Below the pieces are notes generated by a model, which had not been told where the DNA came from, searched no databases, and saw only the letters and a program-made list of their open reading frames with translations. A DNA stretch of 64,000 nt, from the NCBI GenBank assembly GCA_965216785.1, contig OZ244197.1, positions 288,001-352,000 on the forward strand, in the 5' to 3' direction. Each line of letters begins with the position of its first letter. Positions within the stretch are counted from its first letter, which is position 1. A program made the translations under genes and the position numbers. The DNA comes from Thermodesulfobacteriota bacterium. GTDB lineage: Bacteria > Desulfobacterota_D > UBA1144 > Nemesobacterales > UBA2774. Below are positions 1 through 9,730 of this stretch, one piece after another.

Positions 1-180
1 ATCATATATATCCTTCTCTGTTAGCTGGAGGTAGCGGAGCTTTTCAAGCGCGTCAGACGCGTTTGATACGAGCTCACGTATAAAAACCTCTTTATCCGTA
101 TAAAGAGAGTTTATAACAATGTCCAGAACCTGTTTTACTTCCGCTTTGAATTCATGTTTTTTTGCCGCAGTTTCAGCCAT
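1..180 (-). CDS. htpG: Hsp90 chaperone HtpG, N-terminal part (runs off window)
   Basis: Not in the ORF track. Manual translation [50 protein letters not shown] matches the HtpG N-terminal signature; GGGGG RBS upstream. Confidence 0.95.
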   Translation of the reverse strand, partial: MAETAAKKHEFKAEVKQVLDIVINSLYTDKEVFIRELVSNASDALEKLRYLQLTEKDIYD

Positions 181-311
181 ATTACTTTAATTCCCCCTGA
201 TTAATAATTATTTATATGAGTTTTATGATGATTTTGAACGGTTAAAAAATATTCATGTTTCGGAAAAATTCAAGGTGTTGTGAGAGTGTTTGGATCCATG
301 GGTAAAGAATA

Positions 312-1373
312 TTAGTCGAATGGCTCGTAAACGTGAAGTGTGGGACTCTGACTTATATGGCTATGCCAATTCGACTCGAGCTTGTCAAGACCGCCCGGAT
401 AGTATTTGTTAATTACATCAATCGATGTAACAGAAGGGTTGTCCTTCTTTTCTCTCAGAATTCGTATTACAGTATCCTGCCCATCCTGCGTAGACATGAG
501 GTAATGCACAAGCGACCAGGCAATCGAGCGTGTCTCATCGTCCTGAGCCTGACCGCCGCGTTTCCAGGCGCTGTCCCAGGAACCGAGATATGAGCTCAGT
601 CCCGGAAGCTTGTTGGATGCGAGGTCTTGTCTTAGCTTATAATATCTTGCGTCCTGATGACCTACCGTGACGTTTTCGTCCTCGGGAACGATTCTCTCGA
701 AATACTCCGCGAGCCCTTCATTAATCCAGAGGGGAAGATCGGGAGCTTTTTGAGTGAGTATTGAATGGTTAGCTTCGTGGTATATTGTGGCTATCACTTC
801 ACCTTTATCCCTCTGGCCGTTAACTACGGCTTCGTTATACATCGGCGAATAGAACCCCACTTCAGAAACTACCGGAGATACATCCCTTTGGTAGCTCATA
901 AAATGGCGTTTATTACCGAATATGCGTATCCTGACCGGAACGTCTTCATTGTAATTGAAAACCTGCTTGTAATAACCGAGGATAAAGTTAACCCCGCTCT
1001 GGATCTGCGAGCGCTCCTTGGGAGTCAGCCTGTAGCCTTCGGTCAGGATTTCAAGACCTACCACACCCCCGTTTTCATACCCGTTAACAGGGTGTTCGTT
1101 ATTGCCCCGCGTATTAGACTCAGTAGCCTGCGGGTCTTTTGATTCTTCTTTTTCCGAACCAGGCATAGCAAACCTTTGATTGTCCGCGTCGATAGGACAG
1201 CCGGTATTGGTGTATATATGCACTCCGTCCTCACCTATACACTTATAGTACTGCGCGTATAGAACGTCAGGAGCTATAAGCATTAACATCAGTATTGAGA
1301 ACAAAACTATCCAGCTACGCATTGGCGCGCGCATAGTAACTCTGTAATAAATGGACAAACAGGAGGCCGCCAT
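312..1373 (-). CDS. Secreted DUF4124 + DUF1570/MA-clan zinc metallopeptidase-like protein
   Basis: Signal peptide, then YKCxxxDGxxxYTNxxCP (DUF4124-like); HEANH plus WINEGLAEY gluzincin motif. True start probably 1334 or 1322. Confidence 0.75.
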   Translation of the reverse strand: MAASCLSIYYRVTMRAPMRSWIVLFSILMLMLIAPDVLYAQYYKCIGEDGVHIYTNTGCPIDADNQRFAMPGSEKEESKDPQATESNTRGNNEHPVNGYENGGVVGLEILTEGYRLTPKERSQIQSGVNFILGYYKQVFNYNEDVPVRIRIFGNKRHFMSYQRDVSPVVSEVGFYSPMYNEAVVNGQRDKGEVIATIYHEANHSILTQKAPDLPLWINEGLAEYFERIVPEDENVTVGHQDARYYKLRQDLASNKLPGLSSYLGSWDSAWKRGGQAQDDETRSIAWSLVHYLMSTQDGQDTVIRILREKKDNPSVTSIDVINKYYPGGLDKLESNWHSHISQSPTLHVYEPFD

Positions 1374-1434
1374 ATTATCTAAATAATAATGCCTTTAGCA
1401 CCCGGGGAAAAGAAGAATTTTAAATTTGAGGCAG

Positions 1435-2169
1435 CTATGTAACTATCTTTACCTCACCTGTGTGAAGATCGTAGTTTGCACCTACGATTTTTAATTTTCC
1501 TTCCTTTACTCTGTCAGCTATAACCGGAACAGAGCCATTGAGCTTGTCTACACCGAACTTAACATTGGAAACAATCGAGTTTTCAAGAAGGTCTCCGGGT
1601 TTGTCTTTGACAGCTTCAACTGCGGGCCCTATTGTAGTTACGATGTTGTTTATAGAACCGGGGAATTCAGTGCCCTTTTGAAGAGCTTCGATAGATCCGG
1701 CAATAGCTCCGCATTCAGTGTGTCCGAGAACCATTAGAACTGAAGCACCGAGCGCCAAGGTACCGAATTCGAGGCTACCCAGCACACCGTAATTTTCAGG
1801 ATTAACTATGTTTCCGGCAACCCGCACGACAAATAGGTCCCCTATGCCCTGGTCGAAAATGATCTCGGGGGCTACTCTTGAATCAGCGCAGGCTAGAATT
1901 GCGGCAAACGGCGTCTGACCTTGTGCTACTTCCTTACGCACTTCAACGGTTCTCCTGGGACTCTTTTTTAAAGATTCCACAAAGCGGGCGTTACCATCCA
2001 TAAGCTTCTTCAAAGCTTCATCAGGTGTAGCGGGCATCGAAGAATCGGCATGAGCGTGAGGTACAGACAATGCGTTACTCCCGAGCGTGATCAGAGAAGC
2101 GCCTAAAGCCGCAGCGCCTGAAACCTTAACAAAATTCCTTCTGGATATAGATTTATCGTGAGCCATCAT
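1435..2169 (-). CDS. Beta-class carbonic anhydrase with twin-arginine (Tat) signal
   Basis: SRRNFVK Tat motif; CADSR and HTECG zinc ligands; start at 2169 chosen from the AGGAGG RBS. Confidence 0.93.
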   Translation of the reverse strand: MMAHDKSISRRNFVKVSGAAALGASLITLGSNALSVPHAHADSSMPATPDEALKKLMDGNARFVESLKKSPRRTVEVRKEVAQGQTPFAAILACADSRVAPEIIFDQGIGDLFVVRVAGNIVNPENYGVLGSLEFGTLALGASVLMVLGHTECGAIAGSIEALQKGTEFPGSINNIVTTIGPAVEAVKDKPGDLLENSIVSNVKFGVDKLNGSVPVIADRVKEGKLKIVGANYDLHTGEVKIVT

Positions 2170-2252
2170 TTTCCTCCTGAGTATGTTTTTAGAAGTTAAT
2201 ATAACTAGAACTAATAATACTATCACTTAACAAAAAACTGTATCAGATTTTT

Positions 2253-2900
2253 CTATGTAACGATCTTAACTTCACCTGTATTAAGATCGTAGCATGCGCC
2301 GACAATCTTTACCTCGCCGTCTTTAGCCATTTGAGATATCTGCGGGGATGACGCTTTGAGATCCTCTACGCCTGTTTTCACATTGGAGACTATAGAGTTA
2401 TACAAAAGATCACCCGGATCATCTTTAACCGCCTCAACAACAGGGACTATTTTCTCTACCACTTTATTTATTGATCCTGGAAAATCTTTATTGTTTTCAA
2501 TAGCATCAATAGTACTGGCTATTGCCCCGCAGCCTGTATGCCCCAGAACCATTATAAGCTTTGCGCCGAGCTCAAGAACACCGAATTCGAGACTTCCCGG
2601 TACGCTGTAGTTTGAAGGGTCAACGACGTTACCGGCAACCCTGACCACAAATATATCTCCGATACAGCAACTAAAGATAATCTCCGGCGCCACTCTTGAA
2701 TCGGCGCACGTGAGTACCGCCGCATATGGTACCACTCCGGGAGAAAGCTCAGTATGCACCTCAACCGTGCTCAACTCAACCGATTTCCCTTTTGTTTTAT
2801 TAAACGATTCTACATATAGTTTGTTCCCGTTCATCAGGACGTTTAGAGCTTCATTTGGTGTTTTGAGTCTCCGCGTTTCATGATTTTGCTCCTCTGACAT
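2253..2900 (-). CDS. Beta-class carbonic anhydrase, cytoplasmic paralog
   Basis: CADSRV, RVAGN, HTGCG; no signal peptide; ends TGEVKIVT like its neighbour. Confidence 0.93.
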   Translation of the reverse strand: MSEEQNHETRRLKTPNEALNVLMNGNKLYVESFNKTKGKSVELSTVEVHTELSPGVVPYAAVLTCADSRVAPEIIFSCCIGDIFVVRVAGNVVDPSNYSVPGSLEFGVLELGAKLIMVLGHTGCGAIASTIDAIENNKDFPGSINKVVEKIVPVVEAVKDDPGDLLYNSIVSNVKTGVEDLKASSPQISQMAKDGEVKIVGACYDLNTGEVKIVT

Positions 2901-2950
2901 AACTTTTCCTCCGATTAATTTGAATATGAGTGTGTATGACAGTCCGGAAT

Positions 2951-3511
2951 TTATTTCCCTAGCTCCATATAGGATACGGGATCAGCGGGACATTGTCCCG
3001 TCCCGCACTCAAGGAAAGTGGTAATCACGTTAGATAAAGTGATAAGCACAATAAGAAAGAATACCGCTGTTATTAATGGCGTTTTGCGCGATTTTGCCTC
3101 TGTGCTGTCAACTTTTTCAAACTGACTATCAAACAACAACATTATGCCAATGAGTAAAACAGCCGCTGCGAAAACCACAAATGCCCAGGAATATAGGTGT
3201 ATACCTAACACCGAAGAGCCATAGCCGCTCGGTCCCGCGCCCGGGACAATGTGCAAGAGTATCTGCCTCACGGAGACTGAGGCTCCGAATACCGCGCTTA
3301 TGAGAGATACTCCGTAATGGGCGGGTCTCAATCCGTAGCGTATGTTCAGCATAGCTCCGAGGGCAACTCCAAGCATACCGAGCCTTTGGATCAAACAAAG
3401 GGGGCAAGGCACCTCCCCTTTACCAAACTGTACGTAGTAAGCTCCGAGGAGAACTCCTGAGATTACGAGTATGCCCGCGATATTTATTCTGACAGCGAAA
3501 TAAGGGGTCAA
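2951..3511 (-). CDS. Disulfide bond formation protein, DsbB family
   Basis: PCPLCLIQR motif, several TM helices, C-terminal ECGxxxCP pair. Confidence 0.85.
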   Translation of the reverse strand: MTPYFAVRINIAGILVISGVLLGAYYVQFGKGEVPCPLCLIQRLGMLGVALGAMLNIRYGLRPAHYGVSLISAVFGASVSVRQILLHIVPGAGPSGYGSSVLGIHLYSWAFVVFAAAVLLIGIMLLFDSQFEKVDSTEAKSRKTPLITAVFFLIVLITLSNVITTFLECGTGQCPADPVSYMELGK

Positions 3512-3524
3512 AAGACGTCACCTG

Positions 3525-3680
3525 CTAAAAGTTAAGATTTAGCGGCTCAGTCATGTGGTGGATGAACAAAAGCGCGCATAGTATGATTGTAATAAAAAAT
3601 AATCCTATTGAGGCCTGTCTCTTGCCGTACCAGGCGAGTATCATGGTTATCGCGAACAATAGGAAAAGTCCTGCCATCAT
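3525..3680 (-). CDS. Small two-TM membrane protein (DUF5993-like) upstream of the dsbB-family gene
   Basis: Not in the ORF track. Manual translation gives 51 aa: MMAGLFLLFAITMILAWYGKRQASIGLFFITIILCALLFIHHMTEPLNLNF; the HHxTxxLxLxF end is typical of this family. Confidence 0.8.
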   Translation of the reverse strand: MMAGLFLLFAITMILAWYGKRQASIGLFFITIILCALLFIHHMTEPLNLNF

Positions 3681-3719
3681 GGTTAAAATGTCCTCTGTAT
3701 ATCTTATAGCCGGCTGAAA

Positions 3720-4181
3720 TTATGACTGGTTCAAGAGCTTAATTCTGCGGTTGAGTAAAAGCCATTTGCCCTCTTCCCTGACCCATACGCTGTAGACCTC
3801 GTAATCACCGCTATGGTCTTTACCGTTGTAAGTCTTCGTCATGTTGATATTCACAACTGACTTTGCGACGTTACCTTTAATGTCGACCTTCACATGCTCG
3901 ATCTCCTGCCAGGCGATCACTTGCCCCGGCATAGTAGCCAGGAACTCATCTTTATTAAGGTCCGGGTAGGCAGGTCTATCCATACCGGAGATAACAAAGT
4001 TCTCATGCAGTATAGTAGCCATAAGCTCCTGATCCTGCGCCTGAAGAGCTTTAAAATACTGACGCTCTAAATTGACTACTCTTTTTTGGGACGCCGTCCA
4101 TGGGTGAGACAAGGCTAAGTTTGAACCTAAACATATAATACCGAAGAATAAAACAACAGATATAATAAGGTATCTATTCAT
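3720..4181 (-). CDS. Secreted NTF2-like/DUF4440 protein
   Basis: Signal peptide, NTF2-fold pattern ending VWVREEGKWLL; GGAGGAG RBS before the ATG at 4181. Confidence 0.75.
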   Translation of the reverse strand: MNRYLIISVVLFFGIICLGSNLALSHPWTASQKRVVNLERQYFKALQAQDQELMATILHENFVISGMDRPAYPDLNKDEFLATMPGQVIAWQEIEHVKVDIKGNVAKSVVNINMTKTYNGKDHSGDYEVYSVWVREEGKWLLLNRRIKLLNQS

Positions 4182-4314
4182 ATCTCCTCCATCTATAAAG
4201 TATATATTCAATATTTTAATGCGCTCTTATTAATAATCAATCACGCGCTTCCCTTTGCTAAGAGGGAATAAAAGTATAGTATAATCTTTTTGATTCCAAG
4301 AGAGTCTATGCAGC

Positions 4315-5688
4315 ATGAAAAAATCAAGAATAGTGACACAGTTCGTCTGCCAAAACTGCGGGAACTCATCCCCCAGGTGGCTCGGGAAATGTCCGGGGTG
4401 CGGCGGCTGGAACACATATGTCGAAGAGCAGCAGGAGAGAACTAAGCGGGCATCGAAATCAGGTACTGTCTCAGAGCCTGTCCCAATTACGGAGATAAAA
4501 AGCAGCAGCGAGGACAGAGTTCCTACTGGAAATACCGAGCTCGATAGAGTGCTCGGAGGCGGGTTTGTCCCCGGCTCCGTAATACTTGTCGGCGGAGATC
4601 CCGGGATCGGGAAATCCACCCTGGCGCTTCAGATGCTCAATAACATAAGCGCTGCATCAGGGAATAAAAACGGCAACTTGCTATACGTCACAGGGGAAGA
4701 GTCGCCCGAGCAGGTGAAGATAAGGGCGGAAAGAACCGGGGTTGCCAGAGAAAGCGTTTATGTACTTTCAGCTACATCGGTTGAGAGCATCATTCAGGAG
4801 ATCAGCAGCCTGTCCCCTACCCTGGCGGTGATAGACTCGATACAAACTATGTATACCGAAGAGCTTGCTTCCGCCCCGGGGAGCGTGGGGCAGATAAGGG
4901 AGTGTACGGCAAAGCTCATGCAGCACGCTAAATCCAAAGGACCCGCTGTGTTTCTCATAGGACACGTTACAAAGGAGGGGGCCATTGCAGGCCCCAAAGT
5001 GCTTGAGCACCTTGTGGATACAGTCTTATATTTCGAGGGCGGTAAAGACCACCCGTTCAGGATTCTTCGGGCTGTAAAAAACAGATTCGGCTCGACAAAC
5101 GAAATAGGCGTTTTTGAGATGACGGACGGCGGGCTTAAAGAAGTTAGAAACCCTTCTGAGATATTCCTTTCGGAGCGTCCCGAGGGGGCATCAGGGTCTG
5201 TAGTAACGCCGAGCATTGAAGGTACAAGGCCTATATTGGTCGAGATACAGGCTCTCGTTTCGCCCTGCGGTTTTGGAATGCCCAGAAGGACGACTATCGG
5301 GCTTGATAATAACCGTGTGTCTTTACTACTCGCCGTGCTGGAAAAAAGAGCGGGTCTACAGATCCTCGGGCAGGACGTGTTCATGAACGTCGCAGGGGGG
5401 GTAAAGATTGAAGAGCCCGCCATTGATCTTGCGATCACCATGGCGCTCGTATCGAGCTTTCTAAATAAACCCGTAGACCCCGGGGTTGTAGTTTTCGGAG
5501 AGATAGGTCTTGCGGGCGAAATCAGGGGCGTGTCGCAGATAGAGATGAGGCTAAATGAAGCGGAAAAGCTAGGCTTCAATAAGTGCGTAATCCCCAAGAT
5601 AAACCTTGACAGGATCGGATCGTACGACAATGCTATAACGCTTGTCGGAGTCGATTCCGTAGAGAGCGCAATAGAAGAATTCTTCTAA
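4315..5688 (+). CDS. radA: DNA repair protein RadA/Sms
   Basis: CxxC-CxxC zinc finger, GGDPGIGKST Walker A, KNRFG motif, Lon-like C-terminus. Confidence 0.98.
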   Translation: MKKSRIVTQFVCQNCGNSSPRWLGKCPGCGGWNTYVEEQQERTKRASKSGTVSEPVPITEIKSSSEDRVPTGNTELDRVLGGGFVPGSVILVGGDPGIGKSTLALQMLNNISAASGNKNGNLLYVTGEESPEQVKIRAERTGVARESVYVLSATSVESIIQEISSLSPTLAVIDSIQTMYTEELASAPGSVGQIRECTAKLMQHAKSKGPAVFLIGHVTKEGAIAGPKVLEHLVDTVLYFEGGKDHPFRILRAVKNRFGSTNEIGVFEMTDGGLKEVRNPSEIFLSERPEGASGSVVTPSIEGTRPILVEIQALVSPCGFGMPRRTTIGLDNNRVSLLLAVLEKRAGLQILGQDVFMNVAGGVKIEEPAIDLAITMALVSSFLNKPVDPGVVVFGEIGLAGEIRGVSQIEMRLNEAEKLGFNKCVIPKINLDRIGSYDNAITLVGVDSVESAIEEFF

Positions 5689-5727
5689 TCCGCATCGGTA
5701 CAGAGACTAAACATAGAGCAGACAATC

Positions 5728-6552
5728 ATGAGTACAAAGAACAAAGAAGCGGCCATAGGTGTATTTGACTCGGGGGTGGGCGGACTTACGGTCGCAAGAG
5801 AAATAATGAAGAGACTGCCCAGAGAGAACCTGATTTATCTGGGTGATACGGCAAGGGTTCCTTACGGTACAAAATCGGAAAGGACCGTGATCGCGTATTC
5901 AAAAGGCAATGCCGGATTTCTGGTCTCAAAGGGAATAAAGCTATTGGTAGTAGCCTGCAACACTGCCTCCTCAGTATCGCTTCCCGCGCTCTCGGAGGAG
6001 CTTAATATACCCGTTATCGGAGTCATCGAGCCCGGAGCAAAGAAAGCCGCCGACTTAACCAAAACCGGCAAAGTGGGCGTAATCGGAACCTATTCTACAA
6101 TCAGGAGCAGTGCTTATAAAAACGCATTAGAGAGTATATCCCCTGAGATAGAAGTCTTCTCAAAACCATGCCCGCTTTTCGTAGGGCTCGCCGATGAGGG
6201 ATGGACCGAAGGTGAGATAACGGAGCTTATTGCCAGGCAGTACTTGAGTAATCTAAAAGAAACAGGGATCGATGTACTCGTACTTGGATGTACGCACTAC
6301 CCGCTGCTGAAAGCAGTTATTCAGAAAATTATGGGGGAGGAAATCGCCCTTGTGGACTCAGCCGAGGAGACTGCCCTTGAGATAGGGAGCGTACTTGACG
6401 GACTCGGAGAATTGAATAATGGCACGTCTAACGGGGCAAGGGATTTTTACCTTACAGACGTCTCAGACACATTCGTTTCGATTGCAGGCAGATTTTTAGG
6501 TGAGAAAATAGAGAATATAGAGATGGTGGATATTGCGGGAACGCCTAGCTAG
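5728..6552 (+). CDS. murI: Glutamate racemase
   Basis: FDSGVGGLT, ACNTAS, LGCTHYP. Confidence 0.98.
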   Translation: MSTKNKEAAIGVFDSGVGGLTVAREIMKRLPRENLIYLGDTARVPYGTKSERTVIAYSKGNAGFLVSKGIKLLVVACNTASSVSLPALSEELNIPVIGVIEPGAKKAADLTKTGKVGVIGTYSTIRSSAYKNALESISPEIEVFSKPCPLFVGLADEGWTEGEITELIARQYLSNLKETGIDVLVLGCTHYPLLKAVIQKIMGEEIALVDSAEETALEIGSVLDGLGELNNGTSNGARDFYLTDVSDTFVSIAGRFLGEKIENIEMVDIAGTPS

Positions 6553-6575
6553 ACGCTCCCGGTTCTTTGTTCAAT

Positions 6576-7571
6576 TTAACCTTCTGATACTAAGCTTTTT
6601 ACTTTAGCAGTAAATGGCGGAAGCACATCGAATAGATCACCCACAATACCATAGTCGCATTTCTGGAATATCGGGGCCTCCGGGTCTTTATTGATAGCAA
6701 CAATAACCTTAGACGAGCCCATTCCCGCAAAATGCTGTACCGAGCCTGAGATTGCAATCCCTACATAAAGATTAGGTGATATGGCCTTACCCGTCTGCCC
6801 GATCTGCATGTCGTATGGACAGTAGCCCGCGTCAACGGCGGCTCTTGTGGCGCCAGCGGCAGCTCCCAATATGTCAGCAAGCTCGTATATGTGTTTAAAG
6901 TTCTCTTCGCTTCCGAGTCCCCTGCCACCGGCAATGACTCTTTCAGCCTCAGTTAGCTCGGGGCGGTCGGACTCTTTCGTTTCAACCTCTATTACCTTAA
7001 TCTTTATATCAGACGGGTTTATTTCCACGCCGCCATCTACGATTTCAGGGTCCTTGGGGTTTTCCACTGCTTTAAATGAGTTCGGCCTTACCGTGGTCAT
7101 CATCGGGTAATTCTGGTGGAACACCTGTGTGGGGATAGCTTTACTCGAATGTGAATAGCGCTCGATCTTAAGGGTGTTCTGATCGCTCAAGTCTATATCT
7201 ATGGCGTCCATTGTGACTCCGGCGCCCACGCGCGCCGCTACCCTTGGGAAGTAGTCCTGACCGAACACAGTGTTTCCACCTATAACGACTGCAGGCTCGT
7301 GCTTTTTAATAAGCTCACTAAGAGCGATGGTATAGCCTTCGGTATTAAAGTCTTTTAATAAATCATTGTCCACGACGTAAACCTTCTCAGCACCGTACTT
7401 GCCAAGTGATGCCGCGTGCCCCGAAACTCCAGAGCCAATTAGCACTCCGCACAGCTTACCGCCGAGCTTTCCAGCTATCTTCTGTCCGGCCTCTGAAAGC
7501 GCCTCATAAGTAACCTGTCTTACGCTGCCGTCTATTTTTAAATCAGCTACAACCCATACTTCGTTACTCAT
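6576..7571 (-). CDS. etfA: Electron transfer flavoprotein alpha subunit
   Basis: GGRGLG, RAAVDAG, QIGQTGK, ISGSVQH, AINKDPEAPIF. Confidence 0.96.
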   Translation of the reverse strand: MSNEVWVVADLKIDGSVRQVTYEALSEAGQKIAGKLGGKLCGVLIGSGVSGHAASLGKYGAEKVYVVDNDLLKDFNTEGYTIALSELIKKHEPAVVIGGNTVFGQDYFPRVAARVGAGVTMDAIDIDLSDQNTLKIERYSHSSKAIPTQVFHQNYPMMTTVRPNSFKAVENPKDPEIVDGGVEINPSDIKIKVIEVETKESDRPELTEAERVIAGGRGLGSEENFKHIYELADILGAAAGATRAAVDAGYCPYDMQIGQTGKAISPNLYVGIAISGSVQHFAGMGSSKVIVAINKDPEAPIFQKCDYGIVGDLFDVLPPFTAKVKSLVSEG

Positions 7572-7601
7572 AGTATTCCTCCTGAAATTTGGACAATAAA
7601 G

Positions 7602-8441
7602 TTATATAACCTTGGCCTCTTCCCTAAGGAGCTTTATCAGCTCTTCAGCGGCTCTCTCTACCTCTTCCCCTTTTACCATAGGCTCGTCGCTTCCTTTGAT
7701 TATAGTCAGTTTTCTTTCGATCTCAGGCACTTTCATCTGAGTAGTCTTCACCCTCGCGCCGTCTTTTCCGAGCGCTTCAGCGCTCAGCCCGAGCTCTCCG
7801 AGGTTAATATCCCCGGCTTCGACTACCGTAAGAGGTTTTTTCTTTGCCTTCATGATCCCTGGGAGCGAAGCGTAGCGGGGTTCATTCATTGCGTCAGGGC
7901 ATGTAATGAGACACGGGAGCGGTACTTCCACCGTAACGTGTCCGCCGTCGATCTCTTTTTGGCACACGGCCTTTTTCCCAGCGGGGTCAACTTCGATAAC
8001 TTTACTTACGAGCGATACGTGAGGTATTCCGAGCTCCTCGGCTACCTGAACGCCTACTTGTCCCGATTCTTCGTCGATAATCTTCATTCCGGTAAATACG
8101 ATGTCGAATTCCCCAAGCTTTTTTATCTCGCTGCCAATAACTTTACCGACAGTGAATGAATCCGTATCCGCAAAACCCTCACCTTTAATATGAACAGCGC
8201 TGTCGGCACCCATTGCCAGGGCCTGCCTAATGGTCTCAAGCACTCTGTCAGGACCGATGGAGATGATAACTACTTCCCCGCCGTGTTTTTCTTTTGTCTG
8301 AATAGCCTCTTCAACAGCGAACTCGTCGTAAGGGTTCATGATCCATTTCATTCCGCCCGTGTCTATCGAATCACCGCTTGAAGAGACATGTATTTTTGCC
8401 TCAGTGTCCTGTGTTTGACTCACCAGTACGAGTATTTTCAC
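7602..8441 (-). CDS. etfB: Electron transfer flavoprotein beta subunit
   Basis: NPYDEFAVEEA, ALAMGAD, NEPRYASLPGIMKAKKK; GTG start with AGGAGG RBS. Confidence 0.96.
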   Translation of the reverse strand: MKILVLVSQTQDTEAKIHVSSSGDSIDTGGMKWIMNPYDEFAVEEAIQTKEKHGGEVVIISIGPDRVLETIRQALAMGADSAVHIKGEGFADTDSFTVGKVIGSEIKKLGEFDIVFTGMKIIDEESGQVGVQVAEELGIPHVSLVSKVIEVDPAGKKAVCQKEIDGGHVTVEVPLPCLITCPDAMNEPRYASLPGIMKAKKKPLTVVEAGDINLGELGLSAEALGKDGARVKTTQMKVPEIERKLTIIKGSDEPMVKGEEVERAAEELIKLLREEAKVI

Positions 8442-8579
8442 TTGTTTCTACCTCCTTTAAAAATCTGAAAAACTAGAATGAAACACTACAGTTTGATAGC
8501 ATATTGTTGTTAAACTTAAAAAATTTCCCGGAACATAAAACTCAATACTTTACAGATGCAAAATAACCGGGGGTAGGTA

Positions 8580-8607
8580 ATTATAAATATTGACATTTCC
8601 TTGTCAA
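8580..8607 (-). promoter_or_regulatory. Sigma70 promoter of etfBA, overlapped by palindrome TTGACA-N6-TGTCAA
   Basis: Minus strand reads TTGACA-16 nt-TATAAT (consensus hexamers); palindrome at 8590-8607. Confidence 0.7.
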
Positions 8608-8725
8608 GAAAATAAGAACCCTGCGCTCGGAACGTCGTGTCGTCCGAGAGACAGGTTTGTAAGATTGTTACTAATAGAGTATAAGTAGGAGGCTTAAACC
8701 TTGGGTTTTCTGACGGTAAGATGAA

Positions 8726-9595
8726 ATGAATATAACCGTTCTATACATAATACTGCTTGTATTCACTATCACTACCTGGGGATACTCATGGGTGCTGATG
8801 AAAATGGGGCTCGGATACAGTGAGCCCTTCACTTTTGCTGCTTGGAGGTGCGCCATTGGAGCTGTGTCCATGATGATCTACCTCAGCCTCCGGCCCGTGA
8901 AATGGCCCACTTTAAAAAAACTACCCGACTACATAGCCATCGGGCTTTTTCAAACTACCTTCATGTTCGGCTTAATGCTTTACGGCATGAAGTACGTGAC
9001 AGCCGGAAAGACCTCTGTGCTGCTTTATACAATGCCTATCTGGACGATCCTCTTGGTGAACTTTTATTTAAAGGAAAAACTAAGTTCGCGTAAGTGGATC
9101 GGCGTAACACTCGGAACCGCGGGGATCATCTGCATCCTCGGCTGGGATACGCTCGTCAATCAAAACTTAACGATACTTATGGGAGAGCTGTTGATATTGG
9201 CAGGCGCGGTATCCTGGGCAGTCTCGAATATCTGGATTAAAAAGCGGATGGTAGGAGAAGATATCTATGCCATGAGCGGACTGCAGCTAGCGTTCGGGGC
9301 CTTGGGACTCGTGCTGCTCGCGGCCCCAACTGAGGGTGTTTTCAATGTGGACTGGAACGCGCACTCTATATATATACTTTTATTTACTGGGATAATCGCT
9401 TCAGCAGTCGATTTTACAATATGGTTTTATCTACTTAAGAAGATGGATATCAGCATACTGACTTTTTCATCAATGTTGGTCCCGGTTTTCGGCCTTTTAT
9501 TCGACTGGCTTTTATTGGGAAGCCCGCTTGACCCCGGAATTATCGTCGGGGGACTTTTGATCCTGAGCGGAATATATAAGGTGTCTAAAGCTTAA
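8726..9595 (+). CDS. EamA/DMT family transporter
   Basis: About ten TM helices, two EamA repeats, TWGYSW start and LKEKL motif. Confidence 0.9.
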   Translation: MNITVLYIILLVFTITTWGYSWVLMKMGLGYSEPFTFAAWRCAIGAVSMMIYLSLRPVKWPTLKKLPDYIAIGLFQTTFMFGLMLYGMKYVTAGKTSVLLYTMPIWTILLVNFYLKEKLSSRKWIGVTLGTAGIICILGWDTLVNQNLTILMGELLILAGAVSWAVSNIWIKKRMVGEDIYAMSGLQLAFGALGLVLLAAPTEGVFNVDWNAHSIYILLFTGIIASAVDFTIWFYLLKKMDISILTFSSMLVPVFGLLFDWLLLGSPLDPGIIVGGLLILSGIYKVSKA

Positions 9596-9730
9596 CTTCC
9601 GCCACTAATTGATAAAGCGCTAATTTGCCGTGTAATTTAGCGGGGCCATTGGGTATACTGTGAAATGGTTTGAAGAGGGCAAGTGAAATTCTTATCGAAA
9701 ACTAATTTTAGTCCCGAATAACATTTAATT

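Noticed and set aside
181-311. Possible heat-shock promoter (sigma32 or CIRCE) for htpG
   Set aside because: A CTTGAA is present but there is no properly spaced CCCCAT box and no CIRCE inverted repeat.
4230-5630. Long antisense ORFs opposite radA, and similar ones opposite tamB, the RND genes, guaB and guaA
   Set aside because: They overlap well-supported genes, have no motifs and show typical antisense-frame composition.
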